Shown piece after piece: positions 23,934-31,899 of a stretch of 32,000 bases of DNA (the first letter of the stretch is position 1; every line of letters begins with the position of its first letter). The position numbers were made by a program, and so were the translations under genes. This stretch comes from Candidatus Peribacter riflensis. Its GTDB lineage: Bacteria; Patescibacteriota; Gracilibacteria; Peribacterales; Peribacteraceae. The stretch covers positions 660,001 to 692,000 of the forward strand of contig CP013062.1 in assembly GCA_001430755.1 (NCBI GenBank), given 5' to 3'. Under the pieces are notes generated by a model, which saw only the letters and a program-made list of their open reading frames with translations, ran no database searches and was not told where the DNA came from.

Positions 23934-24260
23934 ATGGGAATTCCTGCCGCCTTGGCTCAAACACCGAGCTTCATCCCGGACGGAGGCGTTCCGGGTTGTG
24001 ACTTCGCCTCGGGCGATCTGGTCGCCAGTTGCGTGCCGCTGTTCATCGCGCACGTCATCAAAACAGTCTTCGGGTTCGTGGGCGGCGTCTGTCTCATCCT
24101 CATTCTCATCGCTGGCTACCGCCTGCTGCTTGCCGTCGTCACGGGCGGCGATAAGTCCACCGGATTCGAGATGCTCCGCTGGGCGATCATCGGCTTCGTG
24201 ACCAGCGCCCTCACCTTCTTCATCATTGATTTCATTATTTCTACCCTCGCCGGCGTATGA
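23934..24260 (+). CDS. T4SS pilin-like protein (fourth pilin gene), without a classical signal peptide
   Basis: 108 aa with Cys residues in GCDFASGDLVASC, then two TM helices separated by TGGDKSTGFE. An in-frame TGA at 23928 excludes a longer N-terminus. Confidence 0.55.
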   Translation: MGIPAALAQTPSFIPDGGVPGCDFASGDLVASCVPLFIAHVIKTVFGFVGGVCLILILIAGYRLLLAVVTGGDKSTGFEMLRWAIIGFVTSALTFFIIDFIISTLAGV

Positions 24261-25525
24261 CCCCAGCCCCCTCTCCATCTTCCGACGCGTTCTCGTCGTT
24301 CCGCATTATCGGCAAGAAAGCGCAACGTCTCTTCGAACGGGCGCGCAAAGGCATACTGCCGGAACAGAAAGCAGCCAGACTGCATGGGGGCAAGCTCCCT
24401 CCGCCGCACAAGCATCAGGAAATCACGGCGCACATCTCGATCGCAAGTGTCGTGCGTTCGCTGCTCACGCTCCTCGCGATCGTGTTTGCAACCTGGCTGC
24501 TCTACCACCTCCGCGACAAGGTGCTGCTGCTGCTCATTGCCGCCTTCATCGCAGTGGTGATCGACCCGAGCGTGCAGGCCATGCGGCGGATGCACATCCC
24601 CCGCGGCGTTGCGGTGCTGCTGCACTACCTCGTCGCCATCTGCATGCTCATCTTCCTCATCGTCTCTTTCATTCCGATCATCGCCATCCAGCTCCAGCAA
24701 CTCTCTCTCTTCCTCTCCACAGAGGTGAATGTGTTCCTCGCCGATCCGCAGATCCATCTGCCGCTGGTCAATGAAGATGTGAATATACGGCTCACCGCAC
24801 TCGCGCAATCCTCGCTCGAACAGCTCTCCATCCATAACTTCACCGGTGCCATCGAGCGTGCCGGTTCCAATCTTTCGGAATTGGCGGGGGGTTCATGGGA
24901 AGTAGTGAAAACCATCACCGGGTCGGTCGCCTCCTTCGTCGCAAGCTTCATCGTCGTCCTCGTACTCGCGTTCTTCATGCAAATGGAAAAGGAGCGGATT
25001 CTGCGCTGGTTCCGCGGCTTCCTGCCTGCCCGCTCGAGGGGCTACATCGATCTCAAGCTCGAGGCGATCCACATGAAGATCAGCCAGTGGGCCCGCGGCG
25101 AGCTGCTGCTCATGTTCAGCATCTTCTCACTCACCCTGGTGGCCCTCGTGATCCTGCGTATGCCCTACGCACTCACGCTGGCCGTGCTCGCCGGGTTCTG
25201 CGAGTTCGTGCCGGCCGTCGGCCCCTTCATCGCCGCCATCCCCTCGGTGCTCATCGGCGTCACACAAGGAGGCTTCATGTGGGGCGTGGTGCTCGTAGCG
25301 GTCTACTACGTCATCCAGTGGTGCGAGAATAATCTGCTGGTCCCCCTGATCATGAAACGAGCCGTGGGTCTCTCGCCCATCGCCATCCTCTTCGCCCTCA
25401 TGGTCGGCATCAGCTTCCCCAATACCATCCACCCGGTACTCGGCGTCCTGCTGGCCATCCCCACAACGACTGTCCTTGCGATTTTCCTGGAGGATTGGCG
25501 ATCTGCGCAGGAACGGAAGGGATGA
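24257..25525 (+). CDS. AI-2E family transporter (PerM/UPF0118-type permease)
   Basis: Multi-TM protein with CEFVPAVGPFIAAIPSVLIG and WCENNLLVPLIMKRAVGLSPIAILFALMVG. Its ATG overlaps the pilin stop (ATGA at 24257-24260). Confidence 0.85.
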   Translation: MTPAPSPSSDAFSSFRIIGKKAQRLFERARKGILPEQKAARLHGGKLPPPHKHQEITAHISIASVVRSLLTLLAIVFATWLLYHLRDKVLLLLIAAFIAVVIDPSVQAMRRMHIPRGVAVLLHYLVAICMLIFLIVSFIPIIAIQLQQLSLFLSTEVNVFLADPQIHLPLVNEDVNIRLTALAQSSLEQLSIHNFTGAIERAGSNLSELAGGSWEVVKTITGSVASFVASFIVVLVLAFFMQMEKERILRWFRGFLPARSRGYIDLKLEAIHMKISQWARGELLLMFSIFSLTLVALVILRMPYALTLAVLAGFCEFVPAVGPFIAAIPSVLIGVTQGGFMWGVVLVAVYYVIQWCENNLLVPLIMKRAVGLSPIAILFALMVGISFPNTIHPVLGVLLAIPTTTVLAIFLEDWRSAQERKG

Positions 25526-25596
25526 TAAGTTGACCAGACATCTCATCACGAGACCACGCTCTTTGATCTTTCACTACTGATCGAAGCCCGAAATTT

Positions 25597-25605
25597 TGTT
25601 AGAAT
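25597..25605 (+). promoter_or_regulatory. Extended -10 (TGtTAGAAT) upstream of clpC
   Basis: TG at 25597-25598 and TAGAAT at 25600-25605. No good -35 was seen. Confidence 0.45.
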
Positions 25606-25625
25606 GTTGAGAACTATTCCCCGCA

Positions 25626-25652
25626 TTAGCACTCTCTATGGTAGAGTGCCAT
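25626..25652 (+). promoter_or_regulatory. CIRCE-like inverted repeat (HrcA operator) in the clpC leader
   Basis: TTAGCACTC-tctatggta-GAGTGCCAT compared with the consensus TTAGCACTC-N9-GAGTGCTAA: left arm 9/9, spacer 9 nt, right arm 7/9. It lies between the -10 and the start codon. Confidence 0.7.
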
Positions 25653-25667
25653 TTCTCCCCTCACCCC

Positions 25668-28277
25668 ATGCATCCCTTCGATCGCTTCACGCCCAACGCC
25701 AAGCTCGCTCTGCAGATCGCAGAACAGGAGGCGAAGAATATGAAGAGCGCGTACATCGGAACGGAACATCTGCTGTTGGGGCTCCTCTCGATTCCCAAGT
25801 CGCTGGGCTTTTCGATCTTCACCGGAGCCGGCGTGACGCTGGAGAACGTGCGCATTCTGCTCAAAGCCAGCAAGACCCCGAATATCGAGGGTGCACAGGT
25901 GCGCCACGGCCTCTCGGTCTTTCTGCACTCGGTCATCGAACAGAGCGTGATCACCGCGCACAAGTTCCGTCATGCGAACGTGGGCACGGAGCACCTGCTC
26001 CACTCCCTCGTCTCCACCGGCAAGAATGCTGCCACAGTCCTCCTCGCCGAGATGCAGGTGGATCCGGATGACCTGAAGGCGCGCGTGGAGGAAATGTTCG
26101 GCCAGATCAGCCAGTTCAAGCAGCAGACCCGCAACATGGAGCAATCCCTCGAGGCGTTCTTCCAGGGGCTCCAGGGGGCGATTGTGGGCATGCAGGGCCC
26201 GGGGGGCGCCATGATGGAACCGGAAGGGCTCAAGCGCCGGCGCGGCGAGAGCAAGAGCAAGACACCTGTCTTGGACTACTTCACCGACGACCTCGTCGAA
26301 AAAGCCAAACAGGGAAAGATGGACCCCATCATCGGGCGCGATCTCGAGATCGAACGGCTCATCCATATCCTCAACCGCAAGACCAAGAACAATCCCGTGA
26401 TCATCGGCGAGCCGGGCGTGGGCAAGACGGCCATCGTAGAAGGCTTCGCCCAGCGCATCGCCGCCGGCAAAGTGCCGGTGAGTCTGAGGAACAAGAAAGT
26501 GCTGCAACTCAATATGGGATCGATCATCGCCGGCACCAAGTACCGCGGTGAGTTCGAGCAGCGCTTCGATGACATCATCAAGGAGGCACTGGAGAGTGAG
26601 AAGGAAGTGATCCTCTTCATTGATGAGCTCCACACTGTTGTGGGAGCCGGCAGCGCCGAAGGGTCGCTGGACGCAGCGAACATCCTCAAACCAGCCTTAA
26701 GCCGCGGTGCCATTCAGGTGGTCGGCGCCACGACGACCGAGGAGTACCGCACCATCGAGAAGGATGGCGCCCTCGAACGCCGCTTTCAGTCCATTCTCGT
26801 GGAGGAAACCAGCGTGGAGGACACGATCAAAATCCTGCAGGGTATCCGCCCCACGTACGAGGAATTCCACCATCTCTCGATCACCGATGACGCGCTCGAG
26901 AAGGCCGTTGTGCTGAGCAAGCGCTACCTGCCCGACCGCTTCCTGCCCGACAAGGCCATCGACCTTCTGGATGAAACCGCCGCCGGCAGGAGCATCCAGC
27001 AGAACATCTCGCCCGACCTAAAGAAGCTCGAAGACAAGCTCGAGAAGCTCGTGGTCAAGCAGCAGCAGGCCGTGAAGGAGCAGAAGTACCACCAGGCTCT
27101 CAAGCTGAAGCAGGAACAGCAGCAGCTGCAGGAAAAGTTGAAAGAGATGCAGGGCCAGGCCGACGGCGACCGCCGCACCCCCATAGAGATTTCGGGCGAC
27201 GACATCGCACACACTCTCGCAAAGATCACCGGCGTGCCCGTGACCAAGATGCTCAAGTCCGAGAGCAAGCGGCTCGCGAACCTCGAACTGGTTTTAAAGA
27301 AGCACGTCATCGGGCAGGACGAAGCCATTCAGAAGGTCGCCCGCGCCATCCGCCGCAGCCGCGTCGGTATTTCGGATTCCCGGCGGCCGATCGGATCATT
27401 CCTGTTCCTCGGCCCCACAGGCGTGGGCAAGACGGAACTGGTGCGCACCATCGCGAGTGAAATCTTCAACCGCGAAGATGCCCTCATCAAGATCGACATG
27501 TCCGAATTCATGGAGCGCCACAACGTTTCGCGCCTCATCGGAACGACCGCGGGATACGTGGGGTACGAGGAAGGAGGCCAGCTCACCGAAGCGGTCCGCC
27601 GCAAGCCGTACTCCGTGGTGCTCTTCGATGAAGTGGAAAAGGCGCACCCCGAGTTCTTCAACCTGCTCCTGCAGATCATGGAGGACGGCACGCTCACGGA
27701 CGGCCAGGGCAAGCAGGTGGATTTTCGCAATACGATCATCGTGATGACGAGCAACATCGGTGCCGACAAGCTCACCAAGCAGGCCGCCAAGATCGGCTTC
27801 AAATTGGAAAACGAAGCTTCGGCCGAGGAGAGGGGGTACGCAGAGAAGCGCGAGGAGGTCATCACGGAACTCAAGGACCACCTGCGCCCGGAGTTCTTGA
27901 ACCGTCTCGATCACATCATCGTCTTCAACGCCCTGAATCAGGAACACATCCAGAAGATCGTGCGCATGCATTTGGATCTGCTCGCAGAGCGGCTGAAGTC
28001 GCAGGGCTTCACCCTGAAAGCCGACCAGAAAGCGGTCGCAGTGCTCGCAAAGCTCGGCTTTGACCCGGAGTATGGCGCCCGCCCGGTGCGACGCACGATT
28101 CAGGAGAAGGTGGAGGACGAAGTAGCCGAATCGATGCTCAAAGGCATCTTCCGGCAGGGCGATACCATCGTGATCGCGCGCAAGGATGACGACCATGTCA
28201 CCGTCCTCCCCGGGAATGCAGTGAAAGAGGCAGAGCCCGCTGTACAAGAGGAGAAAACGGAGGTCGCCTCTTCCTAA
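25668..28277 (+). CDS. clpC: ClpC-type AAA+ chaperone/ATPase (Clp protease ATP-binding subunit)
   Basis: Two Clp_N repeats and two AAA modules (GEPGVGKTAIVEG; FLGPTGVGKTEL). A short UVR-like middle domain and a KIGF loop of the ClpP-docking type are present. The ORF track start at 25638 lies inside CIRCE, so 25668 is preferred. Confidence 0.9.
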   Translation: MHPFDRFTPNAKLALQIAEQEAKNMKSAYIGTEHLLLGLLSIPKSLGFSIFTGAGVTLENVRILLKASKTPNIEGAQVRHGLSVFLHSVIEQSVITAHKFRHANVGTEHLLHSLVSTGKNAATVLLAEMQVDPDDLKARVEEMFGQISQFKQQTRNMEQSLEAFFQGLQGAIVGMQGPGGAMMEPEGLKRRRGESKSKTPVLDYFTDDLVEKAKQGKMDPIIGRDLEIERLIHILNRKTKNNPVIIGEPGVGKTAIVEGFAQRIAAGKVPVSLRNKKVLQLNMGSIIAGTKYRGEFEQRFDDIIKEALESEKEVILFIDELHTVVGAGSAEGSLDAANILKPALSRGAIQVVGATTTEEYRTIEKDGALERRFQSILVEETSVEDTIKILQGIRPTYEEFHHLSITDDALEKAVVLSKRYLPDRFLPDKAIDLLDETAAGRSIQQNISPDLKKLEDKLEKLVVKQQQAVKEQKYHQALKLKQEQQQLQEKLKEMQGQADGDRRTPIEISGDDIAHTLAKITGVPVTKMLKSESKRLANLELVLKKHVIGQDEAIQKVARAIRRSRVGISDSRRPIGSFLFLGPTGVGKTELVRTIASEIFNREDALIKIDMSEFMERHNVSRLIGTTAGYVGYEEGGQLTEAVRRKPYSVVLFDEVEKAHPEFFNLLLQIMEDGTLTDGQGKQVDFRNTIIVMTSNIGADKLTKQAAKIGFKLENEASAEERGYAEKREEVITELKDHLRPEFLNRLDHIIVFNALNQEHIQKIVRMHLDLLAERLKSQGFTLKADQKAVAVLAKLGFDPEYGARPVRRTIQEKVEDEVAESMLKGIFRQGDTIVIARKDDDHVTVLPGNAVKEAEPAVQEEKTEVASS

Positions 28278-28400
28278 AACCGTTCGCATCGCCGAATACT
28301 GCGCCCAGAGCGCAGCGCCTGCACGTTTGTACAATATATGATCATGTCATAAATTTAGGATGTAACAATGCTCCTCCCCGTTCAGAAAAGGCTCAAAACG

Positions 28401-28409
28401 TGGTAGAAT
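28401..28409 (+). promoter_or_regulatory. Extended -10 (TGgTAGAAT) upstream of the PrgI-like gene
   Basis: TAGAAT at 28404-28409 is preceded by TGg. ATG codons follow at 28411 (1 nt away) and 28420 (10 nt away). An alternative upstream promoter is TTGTAC-17-TAAATT at 28327-28355. Confidence 0.4.
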
Positions 28410-28419
28410 AATGAGATTT

Positions 28420-29076
28420 ATGCCGATCGAACCCGTCAAGATTCCGCAGAACGTGTACGTCGAAGACCGCATCGTCGGTCCCGTCACGTTGCGCCAACTC
28501 ATCATCCTGCTGGCCACGGGAGGATTCAGCTACGCCATTTGGACCGCAGCCAAGAACCAACTGGGCGCCTCGAGCCTCACCCTCACCGTCATCTGCTGGA
28601 TCCCCTTCCTGATCGGCGTGGTCTTCGCCTTCGTGCGGATTCAGGGAATCGGCCTCATGCGATTCATTCTGCTCATGATGGAAAAGATGGAAAAGCCGAC
28701 CATCCGTCAGTGGGCTCCCCGCCGCGGCATCTCGATCAACTTTCAGTATTTCTCCGCAGCCGAAGACGCAGCGGACAAGGCGAAGAAACTGGTCGTGCAG
28801 CCCCACCGCGAAAAGCTGGAAGAGCTGAGCGCCCTGCTCGATCGAGGGCCGCTCGTGGCTGCGGAGAAGAGCGAAGCACCCGCAACAGCCCTCCCCCTCT
28901 CTGACACGCAGAACCCGCAACGCCCGGTGGATCCCACTCGCATCCGCGCCAACGGAACAGAGCACGCTTCTCCGCTCGATGACATCTTCACGCGAACGGA
29001 AAAGAAAGAACAGGAGTCGGCCCAACCAGGCGCCAAGACACTTCAGGATATTCTTCCTCCCCCCGCCACCCGATGA
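28420..29076 (+). CDS. PrgI/VirB3-like T4SS membrane protein with a disordered C-terminal half
   Basis: N-terminus PIEPVKIPQNVYVEDRIVGPVTLRQLIILLATGG followed by two TM helices, as recalled for the PrgI family (VirB3 analogue). An alternative start is at 28411. Confidence 0.6.
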   Translation: MPIEPVKIPQNVYVEDRIVGPVTLRQLIILLATGGFSYAIWTAAKNQLGASSLTLTVICWIPFLIGVVFAFVRIQGIGLMRFILLMMEKMEKPTIRQWAPRRGISINFQYFSAAEDAADKAKKLVVQPHREKLEELSALLDRGPLVAAEKSEAPATALPLSDTQNPQRPVDPTRIRANGTEHASPLDDIFTRTEKKEQESAQPGAKTLQDILPPPATR

Positions 29077-29846
29077 CTCCGGATGTTTCCGATCAGATGG
29101 CCCACAGCGAAGATCACGCATCCGAAATGCGGCACGCCGGCAAGAGGCCGAAGGATACCGTGCGTAACCGCAAGGCGCTCTCCAAGGCCGCAACCCAGCG
29201 GTTCCTCCCCATTGCCGAAGTCCGCAATGACACCGTGATACTGAAGAATGGCGGACTGCGCGCCGTGCTCTCGGTCGAGGCGCTCAACTTCAACCTGAAG
29301 AGTGAGACGGAGCAGAAAGGTATCATCGCCGGCTATCAATCCTTCGTGAACACGCTCAACTTCCCCATTCAGATCGTCATCCGATCGACGAAGATCAACA
29401 TTGACCCGTACATCGAGCAACTGCGTGCACGTGCGAAGGATCAGCAGAACGAACTGCTCAGGGACCAGACGAACGAATATGCCACCTTCATCGAACGCAT
29501 CGTGGAGGCAGCAGACATCATGCAGAAGCGCTTCTTCGTTGTTGTCCCTCTCGATGACCACCCCAAGCGCAAATCACTCATCGCCACCTTCCTGGAATGG
29601 ATCGGCATCGATGACACGACGAGCAAGGCCCTGGCGCGCCACCAGATGTTCGAGAAGCGCATCGCCCCCCTGCGTGACCGCATCAACCTCGTGGAAGCGG
29701 GATTGAACAGCGTCGGTCTCATGACACGGCGCCTCTCGACCCGCGACCTTCTGGAGCTCTACTACCAGGTCTACAACCCTTCGACGAGCCAGGAACAGAA
29801 GCTGAATCAGATTTCTGATCTGAATACGGCGGAGTTAGTACTGTGA
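29073..29846 (+). CDS. Stand-alone VirB4 N-terminal module (no ATPase domain)
   Basis: FLPIAEVRNDTVILKNGGLRAVLSVEALNFNLKSETEQKGIIAGYQSF...IQIVI and RRLSTRDLLELYYQVYNP resemble the first 250 aa or so of Gram-positive VirB4/TraE/PrgJ proteins. Its ATG overlaps the PrgI-like stop (ATGA). Confidence 0.6.
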   Translation: MTPDVSDQMAHSEDHASEMRHAGKRPKDTVRNRKALSKAATQRFLPIAEVRNDTVILKNGGLRAVLSVEALNFNLKSETEQKGIIAGYQSFVNTLNFPIQIVIRSTKINIDPYIEQLRARAKDQQNELLRDQTNEYATFIERIVEAADIMQKRFFVVVPLDDHPKRKSLIATFLEWIGIDDTTSKALARHQMFEKRIAPLRDRINLVEAGLNSVGLMTRRLSTRDLLELYYQVYNPSTSQEQKLNQISDLNTAELVL

Positions 29847-29849
29847 GGG

Positions 29850-29970
29850 CAATAAGAAAGGCAGAAGAAAAGGAATAAGAAGAATCAAAGGAAATAAAAG
29901 AAATAAAGGAATGTCCTCTCATGCCTCTTGTGCATTGATCTTCTATTTCTTCTCTTTCCTTTATTTCCTC
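29850..29970. repeat. AT-rich polypurine block followed by a polypyrimidine block (long imperfect inverted repeat)
   Basis: 29850-29911 is almost all A/G and 29914-29970 almost all C/T. GAAATAAAGGAA (29900-29911) is perfectly complementary to TTCCTTTATTTC (29956-29967). GAATAAGAAGAATCAA pairs imperfectly with TTGATCTTCTATTTC. Confidence 0.6.
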
Positions 29971-30096
29971 AAACAGGCCTGTTTTCTTGACTCCTGCAGC
30001 CCGGAATGGGAAGCTGACTGAGACGTCATGGCTCGTGCGGGCATGACGATGGATCCCCCCTTTTCTCACTCCTTCCCCCCGCACCCCCTCTTTTCT

Positions 30097-31554
30097 ATGG
30101 CACGCCCTGCCCCCGTCGCAAATCCCATCATGGAGCAGCTGCTCAAGTCCGCTCCTCCCATCGTTCGTGTCCGCCCCGGCGAACTCGTCGAGGGATCCGT
30201 GGTCTTCAAAGCGAAGAACAAGCTCCTGCTCGATATCGGCGGCTCACAGACGGGCATCGTTTCGGGACGGGAATTGCGTGACTCGTTCAACACCTTCCGC
30301 AGCCTGCAGATCGGCGAAGAGGTCACTGCGTTGGTTTTGGAAGAGGAGAACGAAGAGGGCATGGTGGTCTTGAGTCTTCGGATGGCGAGTCAGCAGAAGG
30401 CATGGGAGCGTTTCCACAAGCTCGTGGAGCAGGATGGAACGATGGAATTCACCGCTCAGGAAGCGAACAAAGGAGGATTACTGGCGAATATCGACGGCAT
30501 TCGCACCTTCCTGCCGGTGAGCCAGCTCGCCCCCGTCAATTACCCGCGCGTGAACAATGCCGACGCCTCGGAAATCATTTCGAAGCTGAAGAAATTCGTG
30601 GGGCACACCTTCACGGTGAAGATCATCACCATGGATGAAGAAGCCGGAAAAATCGTGGTGAGCGAGCGCGAAGCGATGGCCGAGGAACGCGCAAAGGCAC
30701 TCGAAAGCCTGAAGGTGGGAGATGTGAAGGAAGGCATGGTGAGCGGCATCGTGAAGTACGGCGTGTTCGTCTCGTTCGACGGAGTGGAGGGGCTCGTGCA
30801 CATCTCCGAGATCGCCTGGGGCCATGTGCGCAATCCGGCGGAATACGCGGAGCTGGGTGACAAGGTCACGGTGAGGATCATCGGCCTGGACGGCGACAAG
30901 ATCTCGCTCTCGATCAAGCAACTCACGAAGGATCCCTGGGAGGAGGTCGCTGAGCGCTACCCGGTGGGCAAGCGCGTGCAGGGCACCATCGTGCGCTTCA
31001 CCGAGTACGGAGCTTTCCTCAAGCTTGAGAAGGATATCAACGGCCTCGTGCACCTGTCGGAAATCGCGCACCACAAAGTGACGGATCCCTCTGAAGTGCT
31101 GACCATCGGCCAGAAGGTGGATGCGCAGGTGATCAACATCGACATCGATGAGCGCCGCATCGGCCTCTCGATCAAAGCCCTGCTCCCCATCGACAAAGAG
31201 ACGCTCGATCGCATCAAACGTGAGCGCGAGGAAGAGGAACAGAAGGCCAAAGAAGCGAAAGAGGCTCCCCAGACACAGGCCGCAGAGCCCGAAGCTGCAG
31301 GTGCACAGCCAGAGAAGAAAGCCGTCAAGAAAGTGAATCAGGAAGCCCTCTTCCCCACTGAGGATGTTGCCGAAGTGAAGGGTTCGCCTGCCCGCCGTAG
31401 CTCCGAGCAAAGCGAGGAGCGAAGGTGGGTTGCTTCCAAGACCGGCAAGAAGTACTACGAGCTCGAGTCCGCCGCCGGGCAGAAGATCAAGGAAGAGAAT
31501 CGCGTGTACTTCAAGACGGAGAAAGAGGCAGAGAAGGCAGGCTTCAGCGCGTGA
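30097..31554 (+). CDS. rpsA: 30S ribosomal protein S1 (four S1 domains) with a charged C-terminal extension
   Basis: Four S1/OB motifs (GELVEGSVV..., TAQEANKGGLLANI..., VGDVKEGMVSGIVKYGVFVSF..., VGKRVQGTIVRFTEYGAFLKL...). The start is uncertain (30028, 30097 or 30130). Confidence 0.85.
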   Translation: MARPAPVANPIMEQLLKSAPPIVRVRPGELVEGSVVFKAKNKLLLDIGGSQTGIVSGRELRDSFNTFRSLQIGEEVTALVLEEENEEGMVVLSLRMASQQKAWERFHKLVEQDGTMEFTAQEANKGGLLANIDGIRTFLPVSQLAPVNYPRVNNADASEIISKLKKFVGHTFTVKIITMDEEAGKIVVSEREAMAEERAKALESLKVGDVKEGMVSGIVKYGVFVSFDGVEGLVHISEIAWGHVRNPAEYAELGDKVTVRIIGLDGDKISLSIKQLTKDPWEEVAERYPVGKRVQGTIVRFTEYGAFLKLEKDINGLVHLSEIAHHKVTDPSEVLTIGQKVDAQVINIDIDERRIGLSIKALLPIDKETLDRIKREREEEEQKAKEAKEAPQTQAAEPEAAGAQPEKKAVKKVNQEALFPTEDVAEVKGSPARRSSEQSEERRWVASKTGKKYYELESAAGQKIKEENRVYFKTEKEAEKAGFSA

Positions 31555-31560
31555 GACGCA

Positions 31561-31899
31561 TCAGTCGATCTTCTGTTCGCTTAAGAAGTGCAGGTGCAGG
31601 TAGAACACCTCCTGCCCTCCGTCCCTGCCCACGTGGAATTTGAGCTGGTACCCGGTGATGCCGTGTGACTTGGCAAAAGTTTGCGCCTTGCGGATGAGGA
31701 GCCCGGGAACGTGCGCCGTCTGCTCGGTGAGATCGTCGATGGAGGATACGAAGTCCTGGTCGCGTTTCGCAATGAAGAGCAGGTGCGTCGGAGCCTTGGG
31801 ATGGATATCTTTGAACACCAGCACCTCGTCATCCTCATAGACGATGGATGCGGGGATCTCGCGGTCGCGGATCTTGTGAAAAATCGTGCGTTCGTTCAT
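31561..31899 (-). CDS. HIT-family (histidine triad) nucleotide hydrolase
   Basis: 112 aa with CIFCKI-like TIFHKIRDREIPA and the histidine triad HLHLHF. Confidence 0.9.
   Translation of the reverse strand: MNERTIFHKIRDREIPASIVYEDDEVLVFKDIHPKAPTHLLFIAKRDQDFVSSIDDLTEQTAHVPGLLIRKAQTFAKSHGITGYQLKFHVGRDGGQEVFYLHLHFLSEQKID

Noticed and set aside
25626-28334. Long minus-strand ORFs (335 aa and 312 aa) antisense to clpC
   Set aside because: No motifs and biased composition, while the plus frame is an unmistakable Clp ATPase.
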